Source of the DNA: Octopus vulgaris
Taxonomy: Eukaryota
Direction of reading: 5' to 3'
DNA: 64,000 bases
NCBI GenBank assembly: GCA_951406725.2
Contig: OX597824.1
Location: 14,260,001-14,324,000 of the forward strand
Part shown: positions 50,744 through 63,572 of the stretch, piece by piece
Layout of the letters: every line of letters begins with the position of its first letter
Numbering within the stretch: the stretch's first letter is position 1
Notes under the pieces: model-generated
Databases searched by the model: none
Seen by the model: only the letters and a program-made list of their open reading frames with translations
Told to the model about the DNA's origin: nothing
Program-made: the position numbers and the translations under genes

Positions 50744-51785
50744 GTAAGAACTGAATATTTCTCACTGCATGAACTTTTTTAAATTTTATTTTAGTAAAGG
50801 TAAGCAATTAAGCTTGCTTCACTGCAGAACCTACACAATACCGTGGTCTTTTAGTAAACTGCCCAGTTTCTACGAATAATGATGGTTTCAAACTGGCATG
50901 AGGGCAAAGGATTTAAACAATGATGTCAGTCTCAGTACTTTACTGTGAAAACATGTGGCCTCGTGGTCAAGATGTTAGACTTATACTCATAGGGTTGGGT
51001 TTCAATGTCTAGGCCAGGTGGAACATTAGCTCATTCCACTGAGCTGAAAAATAGGTGCCAGCAACAACTGGAGTTCACTCTGTGATGGACTTGCGTCCCG
51101 TCCGGTGGTTGTACTTTGGGTCACCCGATAAACCTTGAAACCAGGACAAACTTTGGCCTAAGTCATTTAACTCCTGACAGACCTAAGACGATTTGTGCTT
51201 AATTAATCAACCTTGGCAGGATGAAAGGATACATTGGGGTTGAATTCAACATGAAGAAACATAACTAAGTACCATTCTGTCATTTCTTCTAATCTACTAC
51301 CCTATCTGAATTCACAATGTCAAATAGTGTATTAGTTAATGAACCATTATAAAAATAAAGAAACTATGGAATGTGTAGTTGGAAGAGTGAGGATTTCAGA
51401 AATTGGTCAGGTTTTAAATATGGGTATTTGTAAGAAAATTGATGACTAGGAGAACTTTTTAATGCACTCTTACTGGTTTCAATATAATTTACAATTTCTT
51501 TTTTAATAAATAAATATTTTTTATTTTTCTTTCTTAAATTATTAATACAAATTTTCAATTTCGTGTTTATAATAAATTCATAGTCTGTTGAAAAAAAAAA
51601 ACATAAATGGGCTGATTTGCTTTGTTTTGTGTTTTTTAAGAACTATTTTTATTAATTTACATGTATATGTAGGAAAAGAACAATGTTAATACTTCAAAAT
51701 GTAGACTTGTTTTAATTATGAAATTAGTGGATTATGAGAAATGTGTAAAAATAGTTTAGAGTTAATACTGACATTTTTCCTTCAG

Positions 51786-51904
51786 AAATTCAATGGTCAT
51801 GCTACTGAAGTATTACAATTATTGCCTGTTGTTACGGATCCTAAGCAACATGAATCTTCATATTTTCTTTCTGCTGCAGTTAACGATCGCCTTATTAGCG
51901 CTTG
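51786..51904 (+). CDS. WDR43: WDR43 exon 5
   Basis: TTCAG|KFNGHATEV...YFLSAAVNDRLISA(W)|GTAAGT; phases 0/2. Confidence 0.93.
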
Positions 51905-52884
51905 GTAAGTCTTTCTCTTCCCATATCCTTCGTTGTTTTCACTTGTGAACATACTAGTTTGTTATTCCATGCCTTTTGGTTTCTGGACCACTAAATTAAG
52001 TGGTGTGGAGGTGCAATAGCCCAGTGGTTCCAATCTTCCATGAAAACGTGTCTGACCACAGGGAAAAATTACTTTGCTTGGAAACAGGTGAGGGTTGATC
52101 ACAGGAAAAGCACCCAGCTGTAGAAATACCCACGTCAACAAATTCCATCCAACACATGCAAGCATGGAAAAGTGGACATGAGAAAGACCTTGATGGTTTT
52201 ATGTGTAAAAAGATTCGAGCGAGGTCGTTGCCAGTACCGCCTGACTGGCCCTTGTGCCGGTGGCATGTAAAAGCACCCCCTACACTCTCAGAGTGGTTGG
52301 TGTTAGGAAGGGCATCCAGCTGTAGAAACTTTGCCAGATCAAGATTGGAGCCTGGTGCAGCCATCTGGTTCGCCAGCCCTCAGTCAAAATGGTCCAACCC
52401 ATGCTAGCATGAAAAGCGGACGTTAAACAATGATGATGATATATATATATATATATATAGGTTATGGGTTCAGTCCTATTGTGTGGACGCTGTTGGCTGG
52501 TGTTGTCTATGATGGTTGTGGAATGATCAATACTGCGTAAGTAAAATTAGTTGATGGAAACTGGATGAAGCCCATTGTATGTATGAGTGTGTGGATCATA
52601 CTTCCCCTCATCCTTATCCATATCACCATCAATGTTAAATAATAGATGTATATCTCTACTTTTTCTTATAATGGATATTCTAGCTCTAATACTTTTGTAT
52701 CATAAACACCTAGGCTCATCACTGGTTTATAATGAGGACATATGTCCAATATTTCATTTTATCATGAAATTACTAGATAAGTTAGACATTAACAAATCTA
52801 AACTCACATCTTTTTCTCTTTGGCATCTACAGATCAAATTCCTTTCTGCAAGTTTCATTTATTTACCATTCTCTTCCCAAACAG

Positions 52885-52981
52885 GGCTATTAACTCAAAC
52901 AAAGATGAGAAAAATGCCATAGCTTCATTTTCTCTTCCTGATGAACCGAAAACATTGGCTTTATCAAATTTAAAAGACCAG
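52885..52981 (+). CDS. WDR43: WDR43 exon 6
   Basis: ACAG|AINSNKDEKNAIASFSLPDEP...KDQ|GTAAG; phases 2/0. Confidence 0.92.
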
Positions 52982-53382
52982 GTAAGCTTTTTTGCTCTGA
53001 AATATTCCTGTCTTTGTTAACAGGTATTTTTGTTTTGTTTTTCTGTTTTTTTCTTTTCTATGCCAGTGTTTGTGTGTTGTCAATCATCGATTCATTCGTG
53101 TTTTGTTGGATGTTTTGGCAATTAGTCCTCCATTCTGCTTTCACTCAAAACTGCTGATTTTCTCCACAAAATCAGAACAACTGCAGCCTGTATGAGAATC
53201 GAGTTCCATAATGTGAGGAGGCTGCTGCAGCAAGTATTGCTGGCCAGTCTCCCTGGTAACCCCTTTGCAATAATGGCCTCAAAGCGCAGCTAAACATGCC
53301 AGTTGTTCTGTAGTGTACAACTGTAACCCTCCCCACTATCTTCTGCTACTTAATTCCTCCCTTTTTTTTTTTTCTCCTTGAA

Positions 53383-53885
53383 TAGGAGACCAAGTCAGTA
53401 GCGGGGGAGGGTGTGCTGAAAGTGTAGCTGCTAGAATAAGAAGAGCTTGGGCAAAGTTCAGTGGGAGTAAAAGGTAGACTATATGACGCATGTGTACAAA
53501 CAGCCATGCTACATGGCAGTGAAACATGGGCTGTGACTGCTGAGGACATGCGTAAGCTCACAAGGAATGAAGCCAGTATGATCCAATGGATGTGTAATGT
53601 CAGTGCGCATACTCGACAGAGTGTAGGTACCTTGAGAGAAAAGTTGGACCTAAGAAGCATCAGATGTGGTGTGCAAGAGAGACGACTGCGCTGGTATGGT
53701 CATGTGGCGAGAATGGATGAGGATAGCTGTGTGAAAAAGTGTCACACCCTAGCGGTTGAGGGAACCTGTGAAAGAGGAAGACCTGGGGTGAAGTGGTGAA
53801 GCACAACCTTCAAACTTTAGGCCTCACCAAGGAAATGACTAGTGATTGAAACTTTTGGAAATATGCTGTGCTTGAGAAGACCCGG
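53383..53885 (+). mobile_element. RTE-type LINE 3' fragment
   Basis: VKGRLYDACVQTAMLHGSETW...LRWYGHV peptide; opposite orientation to the 42330 and 46905 copies. Confidence 0.85.
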
Positions 53886-55144
53886 CAAGCCAAATGAGAC
53901 CATAACCTCGTGGCCTATGCCAGGGACATAACCAGCCCACTTATGTGTACCTTTTCCTTCTTTGGACACTAAACTCTGCTTGCAAAGACCTGTTGAGGCA
54001 AGTGAAATCAAATCAAATTCGATGACTGGCATCTGTGCTAGCAGGGTGCAAAGAGCACCATATCGTTGACAGAACAGCCAACCGGCTTCCATGCCAGTGG
54101 CACATAAAAGGTACCATTCGAGTGTGATCGTTACCAGCGTCGCCTTACTGGCACGCGAGCCCTGTGCTGGTGGCATGTGTAAAAGATTTGAGCGAGATTG
54201 TTGCCAGTGCCAGTGGCACGTAAAAGCACCCACTACAATCTCGGAGTGGTTGGCGTTAGGAAGGGCATCCAGCTGTAGAGACACTGCCAGATTAAGACTG
54301 GAGCCTGGTGCAGCCATCTGGTTCGCCAGCCCACAGTCAAATCGTTCAACCCATGCCAGAACGGAAAGCAGACATTAAACGATGATGATTTCTGAGTCAC
54401 AAACTCAATAAAACCAACTGATATGATGTTATAACTTGTCTCCTGGTATTAGTAAATGAAAGCTATTGTTATTGTTTAGTCTTGGGTCAACTGTGGTCCA
54501 GCAGACCTTCACTCAAGTGCTCTGGTCATGACTATCTTTTCTTTATTCTGTTTTTTTTTTTTTTTTTTTTTTACATATTTAGGACGACATTATCTAATAA
54601 GCCCTTTAAAGATGGTACAGTGTGATTTGGGGGAGTGTTATCTCAAATTTATTTAGTATCAGCACCTGTTATGGATATTTTTACTCAAAGTGATTCACAT
54701 TAGTCTTTGGTAAATTGATGTCGGTGTCAAGCTGGATTTTTTTGCAAAATGGTCAAGTTGTTAAGATATTGGGCTACAAAGACAAACTTGATGAGCTCAA
54801 ATCCTGCATCTAGTGTACAACAGATAAAAATATGATTTATTCTATTGTTTTTGGCACAGTTACAACATAATAAGTTGAGAAATTACTGGTCTTGTGTTCC
54901 TGCTCTGCATGTTGCACTTTGATTTTTCCAACCTTTACTCAGTCCACCAGATTCAACGGCAGAAAACTCAGCTTATTAGTGATGCCATCATTGGTAACTT
55001 TCCTAGCTATATCAGCACTATAATGGGTTGTATGTTAACCTTTTCACAACAATATTTTTAAGAAAATACCTTATCTCTTTTTTCATTTACTTTTTAAAAC
55101 AATAATGGGTTTGGAGAAACGTTTCTCGTTGAATTACATATTAA

Positions 55145-55364
55145 CCCTTTCGTTACCAAAACGGCTGAAGCCGGCTTTGGCTCTGAGTATGGATGTCTTG
55201 TTTTCATAAGTTCTGAATTAAAATCTTCCACCAAACCTTAGTCACAATTTATGTTCCTAACACTAGCTGAATGACAACTAAGTTATTTTACTAAATTCTT
55301 TGTTATATTTCAAGTAATTGAAAGAAACACAGAACATCTCAAAATAAATACAGCAACGAAAGGA
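55145..55364. mobile_element. piggyBac-type MITE
   Basis: TTAA TSDs; inverted relative to the 39259 and 41223 copies. Confidence 0.85.
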
Positions 55365-55645
55365 TTAAGGCTGTTGTTGGGTACTTGACTTTAACAACAG
55401 GTTCTTACACGTAATAGTGGGATGCTGTGGTTTTATAACAAAGAACCTGAGATAGGTTCCTATAAAGATTGACACCAATAAGGGTCAACACTGGCAGACA
55501 ATAATATACCTTTTACCCTCATTTATGTCTTTTGTTTTACAGTATTTTTTTCCTTCTTTCTTGTTTCCATGTGAGACAAAATCATTTCTCTAAAAATCAT
55601 TCCTGCTTCAAATAATACTATGTTGTTTTCCTTTTCTTTCTGCAG

Positions 55646-55710
55646 GCTATTTGTTTGTCTGTAGTCACTAAAAGTGGACAGTTGTTAATATTTGAACATG
55701 TCTTAAATGG
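55646..55710 (+). CDS. WDR43: WDR43 exon 7
   Basis: TGCAG|AICLSVVTKSGQLLIFEHVLN(G)|GTAAGT; phases 0/2. Confidence 0.92.
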
Positions 55711-55736
55711 GTAAGTCTTGTTATTTGATATATTGT

Positions 55737-56037
55737 TTGTTCCTTCTCGATCCACGCCTTGCTCATAGGACCAGTTTCCCGGTTTCCTTGGCGTATAGCT
55801 TCCCCACCTGAACGGGACTCCGGTCTGTCGCAGGTGAGCTGCAAGATGCAGGAGGAAAGAGTGAGAGAAAGTTGTGGCGAAAGAGTCAGCAGAAGTTCGC
55901 CATTGCCTTCTGCCGGAGCCGCGTAGAGCTTAGGTGTTTTCACTCATTAACACACACATCACCCGGTCTGAGATTCGAACCCACGATCCCTCGACCACGA
56001 GTCCGCTGCTCTAACCACTAGGCCATGTGCCTCCACA
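55737..56037 (-). mobile_element. tRNA-derived SINE
   Basis: Minus-strand head GGAGGCACATGGCCTAGTGGTTAGAGC...GGTTCGAATC; flanked by TTTGATATAT direct repeats. Confidence 0.8.
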
Positions 56038-57269
56038 TTTGATATATGACAGTAAGTAAATATCATAACAAAGATAGAGAGAGGAAGCTATGTGACGTTA
56101 GGTTTTACTATATCTAGTTTGCTACTTCACAGTACTAATTTCAAAATACTATTGTATAAATCTTTTCTGCGTTTTTTTAAACTCCTACATAGAAAAATTC
56201 AATGTCTATATTTCATTTGACCCTTTTGTAGCCATATTTATAATCAGAATGCATTGCCTGCATCCTCTTCCTGCTCTGCATCATCATGTCCATTTCTTAT
56301 GCATCAATTTGACAGGTCTTCTGTCTTGAGGTTTCGCCTCCTGAGATCAGCTTTCGCTACATTTTCCATGGGTTTGTTGGTCTTCTTCCACAAACTCCTT
56401 CCATTTCAATTGCCTGATACATCTTTACCCAAATGTCATCCTTTAGCACACACTTTTAAGATACCCGTGCTGGTGACACGTAAAAATGTACCGTCTGACC
56501 ATAGCTGATGCCAGTGTCAAGGATACGTAAAAAGCATCAACCAATTGTGGCCGTTTGCCAGCCTCCTCTAGCCCCTGTGCCAGTGGCACGTAAAAAGCAC
56601 CCACTTCACTCACGGAGTTACGAAGGGCATCCAGCTGTAGAAACACTGCCAGATCAGACTGGAGCCTGGCACAGCATCCTGGCTTCCCAGACCCCAGTCA
56701 AACCGTCCAACCCATGCTAGCATGGAAAACGGACGTTAAACGCTGATGATGAATCCTTGTGAACCCGCCCACCCACTTACCATCTCCAGTCCCCAGTCCA
56801 CTTCTCTATATATACCTCCCTGTATCTTGGGTGTACAACTTCCATCTCCTCCCGTCCCATCTTCTTTCTCTTCTCTCTCTCCCCTTCTGAATTGCCAATT
56901 CCTGTCCTACCCATGCCAACATGGAAAACTGACATTATATAATAATGATGATGATCTTAGGTCTACTTGGATTATTTCCATTTCTCTCTCTCTATCCCCT
57001 TCTCATGTTCAGGGAGATTAAGTGCACTGCTGTCATTATATACACTTCTCACCAACAATGTCCTCGCCAATGACCTCACTGCTTTGTGGTCTGCATTTCA
57101 CACTCTGGTTCTTGTGTCACAAAACATTAATAAACCCCATACTTTCAGGTTCTCTCCTAACTGCATATGTATAGCATCGAGTTTCTCTTTACATTACCTG
57201 ATATTGTTTCCCACTTTCTTCCATTCTTTTCAAGCCTATCTCTTCACCATCCAGTAGAACCTAGCTTTA

Positions 57270-57659
57270 TGGGATATGGAAGCACTCCGTCGGTTACGAC
57301 GACGACGGTTCCGGTTGATCCGATCAACGGAACAGCCTGCTCGTGAAATTAACGTGTAAGTGGCTGAGCACTCCACAGACATGTGTACCCTTAACGCAGT
57401 TCTCGGGGATATTCAGCGTGACACAGAGAGTGACAAGGCCGGCCCTTTGAAATACAGGTACAACAGAAACAGGAAGTAAGAGTGAGAGAAAGTTGTGGTG
57501 AAAGAGTACAGCAGGGGTCACCACCATCCCCTGCTGGAGCCTCGTGGAGCTTTAGGTGTTTTTGCTCAATAAACACTCACACCGCCCGGTCTGGGAATCA
57601 AAACCGTGATCCTACGACCGCGAGTCCGCTGCCCTAACCACTGGGCCATTGCGCCTCCC
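57270..57659 (-). mobile_element. tRNA-derived SINE
   Basis: Head GGAGGCGCAATGGCCCAGTGGTTAGGGC; flanking direct repeat CCTAGCTTTAT. Confidence 0.8.
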
Positions 57660-57893
57660 TAGCTTTATAATTCTACCAACTCAGCCATTCTACCATCATG
57701 TTATCTTCTATCTTGCTGGAACCCTTCTCCATCCATGAATTTAGTCTGTGGCTCAAATGAATCCCCAGTTGTCTTCTGCATTAAACGTTTCTACCTCCAC
57801 TTCCTTACTGATGTCCATGGTGCATAGTATTTCTTAGAACCTTGAAAACAGTCAAGAATTTGGATTGTTAATTAGTAAACATTTAATATGTTT

Positions 57894-58364
57894 GCATTAT
57901 TTACATTCGACGGTTAGTTGTCCTCATCTTGTTTGTGGTTAACACAATGTTTCGGCTGATATACTCTCCAGCCTTCTTCGGGTGTCTTGGGGGAAATTTC
58001 GAACCTGGGTTCTCATTCCTAATGTATTTTTCGATGTTATTATTATTGTTATTGTTCAGGTCACTCTTAACCACTACACCATATGTCCACGGGCATATGG
58101 TGTAGTGGTTAAGAGCGTGGGCTACTAACCCCAAGATTCCGAGTTAAATTCCAAGCAGTGACCTGAACAATATCAATAATTATAATAATAACAGAAAAAT
58201 ACCTTAGGAATGAGAATCCAGGTTCGAAATTTCCCCAAGACACCTGAAGAAGGTTGGAGGGTATATCAGCCAAAACGTTGTGTTAACAACAAACAAGACG
58301 AGGACAAATATCTGTTGAATGTAAATAATGTACATAATTCCTCATCTTTTAAATATAGAACTGT
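57894..58364. mobile_element. Palindromic tRNA-headed, hammerhead-containing retroelement
   Basis: 13-bp TSD ATTTAATATGTTT (57881-57893, 58365-58377); arms are reverse complements about 58089-58090; tRNA-like head from 58091; CTGAAGA-stem-GAAACGTT motif in each arm. Confidence 0.75.
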
Positions 58365-58812
58365 ATTTAATATGTTTATTTATTCATTTTCTTAACAAAC
58401 AATCTTATGTAAAGCTCTAATTGAAATTTTATCTGCTAAAATACTTTAATGAAAATACAAAATTTGGTAACATGAGACCAGGATCAGTTCTCTGGTAACT
58501 TAGTATCAAAAGGATTATCCCTTTAGTATTTGCATTATTCTATCAAAAGTAATGCTTATTTATTCACATTGTTTTAAATTAACCCTGCATTATCTTGTGG
58601 CTTTGAGATTTTGATGAAGTGACTATTCATTTTTTTAGAAGGACATTGTAGGGTTGGTGTGAGAGGCCAGATCTGGCCAATTTGAACATAAAACAGGGGA
58701 GAATATTTTGGCCGGATATGGCCAGTTTAAATGCTAAAGTGTTAAAGCTGTTGGGACAGTTAATAAAGTGTTAAGAACTCACCTGATTAAAATATTTTCC
58801 TATTTCTTGCAG

Positions 58813-58972
58813 AAAGATGAAAAAACCAATTCGTCCAAAAGTAACAATCAAAGTGGTCAAGAGTTCTTCAGGAAAAACTCTTCCAATTTTAGTCTCTTAT
58901 CCCACACAAGACAAGGATGGTACCATTCTGCTTGCACATAGTAGTTTTATTAAGCCTGTTTTTGAACGAGTG
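58813..58972 (+). CDS. WDR43: WDR43 exon 8
   Basis: TGCAG|KMKKPIRPKVTIK...LPILVS...FIKPVFERV|GCAAGT (probable GC donor); phases 2/0. Confidence 0.88.
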
Positions 58973-59112
58973 GCAAGTATTAACATTTACTCTATATATT
59001 TTTTTTTTTTCCATTTTACAATCTAAATCTCACTGTTTCTTCTTGTTTACTGTTTTTTGTTTTTGTCATTCGGTTTCTATACTTTATTTCTGTTATTTTC
59101 ATCACTTTGCGT

Positions 59113-59657
59113 CGAGCTGGCAGAAACGTTAGCGCACCGGGCGTAATGCTTAGCGGTATTTCGTCTGTCGTTATGTTCTGATTTTAAATTCCGCCGAGGT
59201 TGACTTTGCCTTTCATCCTTTTGGGGTCGATAAATAAATACCGGTTACACACTGGGGTCGATGTAATCGACTTAATCCCTTTGTCTGTCCTTGTTTATCC
59301 CCTCTGTGTTTAACCCCTTGTGGGTAGTAAAGAAATAGGTATTTCGTCTGCCGTTACGTTCTGAGTTCAAATTCCGCTGAGGTCAACTTTGCCTTTCATC
59401 CTTTTGGGGTCGATAAACAAAGTACCAGTTTTGCACTGGGGTCAGTGTAATCGACTTAATCCCTTTGTCTGTCCTTGTGTGTCCTCTCTGCGTTTAGCCC
59501 CTTGTGGGTAGTAAAGGAATAGGTATTTCATCTGTTGTTACGTTCTGAGTTCAAATTTCACAAAGGTCGACTTTGCCTTTCATCCTTTCGGGGTCGATGT
59601 AATTGACTTAATCCCTTTGTCTGTCCTTGTTTAGCCCCTTGTAGGCAATAAAGAAAT
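59113..59657 (+). repeat. Nin-like SINE trimer
   Basis: Head plus three bodies joined with the same junction as in the 33211 array. Confidence 0.85.
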
Positions 59658-60555
59658 ATATTTTCATCACTTTACATTCTATCTCCACTCCATCTCTTCT
59701 TTTTGTGTGTGTATGTGCAATATGACCTGTCTTGCTTCATCATAAAACTTGGCAATAAGAAGCACATCCAGCCATACCCATGCCTTGTTGCCAGTCTTAG
59801 TTTCTCACTGTTCATCCCATGGATTTCTCCCACAGTCAATTACTACAATTGATGATCGTGGCTGCTTCTTGCGTTATATTGTAATAGAACATTGTCATCT
59901 TCAGTTGGTATAATCACCAGCTTCTTGTCATCTCATCATATTCTTTTCCGCTCTGGGCACAAGGCCTGAAATTTTTTGGGGGAGGGGGCAGTTGATTAGA
60001 TCAACCCCAGTACACAACTGGTACTTAATTTATCGACCCCACCATCGTCATCTCTTAATATCCGTTTTCCATGCTAGCACGGGTTGGACGGTTCGACCAG
60101 GGTCTGGGAAGCCAGGAGGCTGCACCAGGCCCCAGTCTGCTCTGGCAGTGTTTCTACAGCTGGATGCCCTTCTTAACGCCAACCACTCCATGAGGGTAGT
60201 GGGTGCTTTTTACGTGCCAGGGGAGCTGGCAGAACCGTTAGCATGCTGGCCGGAATGCTTAGCAGTATTTCGTCTGTCGCTACGTTCTGAGTTCAAATTC
60301 CACCAAGGTCGACTTTGCCTTTCATCCTTTCGGGGTCGATTAAATACGTACCAGTTACGCACTGGGGTTGATGTAATCAACTTAATCCATGTGTCTGTCC
60401 TTGTTTAGCCCCTTATGGGCAGTAAAGAAATAAGAATGTATATATTCTACATACACTCACAAATTTTACAGCTGAATTGTATGTATTCTGTTTGTATCCT
60501 GATATTGTATGTGTTTTAAACATTAATTTTTTTTTTCTTTTTTCATTCAATTCAG

Positions 60556-60639
60556 GCTTCTAAAAATATGACAGGAGAAATAACTGTAGAACATAAACCT
60601 TCTTTACCAAGTCAATTCAGTGGCTCAAATGCTCAGAAA
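60556..60639 (+). CDS. WDR43: WDR43 exon 9 (gene continues beyond the window)
   Basis: TTCAG|ASKNMTGEITVEHKPSLPSQFSGSNAQK|GTAAGT; open frame, phases 0/0, strong polypyrimidine tract; weak sequence similarity. Confidence 0.78.
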
Positions 60640-61409
60640 GTAAGTAACACCACAATTTCCTTTCCTCTGGGTTTTGGAGAATCTTAGAGTTTCATTATAA
60701 CTCTTGTTGGTTGTTGACCTTATTAGTTTGATGGTTTTTACAATTACTTATATTTCATTTGACCATGTAGAGACTGCTTCTGTCTGGTCAAAGCTGATAT
60801 TATGAATGCTGCTCAGTACAATGAACCAGACCTGTTCTAGGTTCTTAATTCTGGTATCCTGTATGAGTCAGAATAGTAAATGAAATGAGTCTCCATCAAC
60901 AGCAAGAATCCAGTTGTTCAATTAGCAATCATCATCATCATCGTTTAACGTCTGCTTTCCATGCTAGCATGGGTTGGACGGTCTGACCGGGAATCTGGGA
61001 AGCCAGAAGGCTGCACCAGGCTCCAGTCTTGATCTGGCAGAATTTCTACAGCTGGATGCCCTTCCTAACACCAACCACTCCGAGAGTGTAGTGGGTGCTT
61101 TTATGTGCCACCGGCACGGGGGCCAGTCAGGCGGTACTGCCAACGACCTCGCTCAAATCTTTTTACACACGCCAATGGCACAAGTGCCAGTAAGGCGATG
61201 CTGGTAACGATCCTGCTCGAATGGTGCTTCTTGCATACCACCAGTATGGAAGCCAGTTAGCCGCTCTGGCAACGATCATGCTCGGATGGTGCTCTTAGCA
61301 CCCTACTAGCATGGGGCACAAGTGCCAGTTACTTAGAAGGGTAGGCTGGCTGTGGAATCTTGCATGCATTAATTTCAACCCTTCTTATTAATAACCGCAT
61401 TGTTTCCTT

Positions 61410-62075
61410 CCAGGGTAAACTGACATTTGACTGTTCACAGAAGACTTCAGATGTAACTAGTAGTGACTTCTCTTGAAAATGGACAACATCTGGCATCATG
61501 GTGTTATCAAGTACCTGCAGAAAAAGAGTTTAATCGACCAGGACATCCATGATATAGATGCTACATTAGGGGATGATGCTCCAGCTTTATCAACAGTGCT
61601 AAAGTGGGAAGTTGAATTTAGGAGGGGAAAGGAGAAGTTTTGAAACGGACCCAACGTTTGGACATCCAGCAACTGTCACCAGCAAGGAAAACATTGATGA
61701 TGTTTACTACATAGTGATGAATTACAGGCAGTTGACTATAAATCAAATAGCTAATGCTATTAGCATATACTATGAGTGCTGAGAATATTCTGCACAATGA
61801 ACTTAGCATGTTGAACTTTTCTGTTCAGTGGGTGCCATGTTTTCTGACACCAAGATCTAAAATGCACCAAGCTGGTCACATTACAGGAAAATTTGACATT
61901 GTTCAAGGCTTATTCAGTTAATTTCCTTGAATGTTTTCCAACCCAGGATAAATGTTAGGCTCGTTACTTTGAGCCAGGGACAAGGCAACAATCCATGCAG
62001 TTGAAACACCCTCCTACCTTGCTCCAAAGAAGGTCATAGTCATTTCATCTGCAGGGAAGGTGAGGGCCTCAGTTG
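61410..62075 (+). mobile_element. Decayed mariner transposase
   Basis: TLGDDAPALSTVLKW..EFRRG, ENID, ILHNELSM...QWVP motifs with stops and frameshifts. Confidence 0.8.
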
Positions 62076-63254
62076 TTTGGGCCTGGCTTAAAATATACCC
62101 AATTATTTTGTTATAAATCTATATTTATATATAATAATGTGGTTATTAATAACATCATTTTACTACCATGTGGTTTCAAGCTCATCAATAGCAGTGGAAT
62201 TACAATTTCATTTCCCCTGCTGGACACTTTTCATCAACTGTGCTTTTTGACACAATAAAGTGGTTAACACTGTATTGTGGCTTTCTGTTAATAATATCCA
62301 CATTAAGTAAGACATGCAGATTGCTGTTTGATACCAATACTGTTTCTATCACTATTAACAAATCGTCATCATTATGTCGACTTTCCATCCTGGCATGGGT
62401 TGGACAGTTTGACTGAAGACTAGCAAGCCAGGAGGCTGCACCCAGCAGCAATCTGATCTAGTAATGTTTCTACAGCTGGAGACCCTTCCTAATACCAACC
62501 ATTCCAAGAGTGTAGTGAGTGGTTTTTATTATATATAATTGTGTTCTGAGTTCAAATCCTTTCATAACCTACATGGCTTGTAGGCTTAAATTGTTGTCTG
62601 GTACCATGTTTACCTTTAGCAGAGTTGACTCTGTGGCAAACATTGACCCAAGTCTCTAGTTTGAAAACACCCTCCATTTTCCTTGCTACTACTTGGAGAT
62701 GCCATAAAGGAAGAATCATCAGCCTCTTGACTAAAAGATTAAAAAGAAAATATCTCTAGATCATCATCATTTAACGTCCATTTTCAATGCTGGCATTGGA
62801 CGGTTTGCCTAGGACTGGCAGGCTGAAAGAGCTGCATCAGGTTTTGGTTTTGTTTCTACAGTTCAACACCCTTCCTATCCTGAACCACTTTAGAGAGTAC
62901 AGGGTGCTTTTTACATGGCACCAACACCAACAGATTCACAAAGTAACTTGCAAGACAAAAAACCTCTTCAGCTAGGAGGGGAGCATTAATCAAGGTGGTT
63001 TAGGATATCAATTCTACTGTGATGCGCAGGTCTATACTCTGTGACTGCAAAGACCTGGCAAATGATGTGAGTTCATGGCTGTTTCCTGCACCAGTTTCGC
63101 ATAGCAGCCCCAGCCCATCCAAAGTACCTTGGATTGCAGAATGACCTGCTGTGCTTACCTTGGATCATGGGGTGACCTGCTGTGCTTGAGGAGACCTATT
63201 GAGTCAAGTATATCAACATCAAAATAAATATCAAATGGAAATTGTAGTTGCGAT

Positions 63255-63572
63255 ACCTGTGCCGGTGGCACGTAAAAAGCACACCCGAATGTGGCCAATG
63301 CCAGCGCCACCTTGACTGGCTTCTGTGCCAGTGGCACGTAAAAAGCACCAACCGATCGTGGCTGCTGCCAGCCTCCCCTGGCACCTGTGCTGGTGGCACG
63401 TAAAAAGCACCCACTACACTTACGGAGTGGTTGGCATTAGGAAAGGTATCCAGCTGTAGAAACTCTGCCAGATCAGACTGGAGCCTGGTGCAGCCTCCTG
63501 GCTTCCCAGACCCCGGTCGAACCATCCAACCCGTGCCAGCACGGAAAACAGACGTTAAACGATGATGATGAT
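63255..63572 (+). mobile_element. Meta-like SINE
   Basis: Family body plus (GAT)n tail; further copies near 20255, 41984, 43632, 46710, 49950, 52190, 54050, 56465, 60045, 60928 and 63870. Confidence 0.8.

Noticed and set aside
55960-56037. tRNA gene candidates (also 57585-57659 and 58091-58163)
   Set aside because: No proper acceptor stem closure and each continues into a repeat body; these are SINE heads
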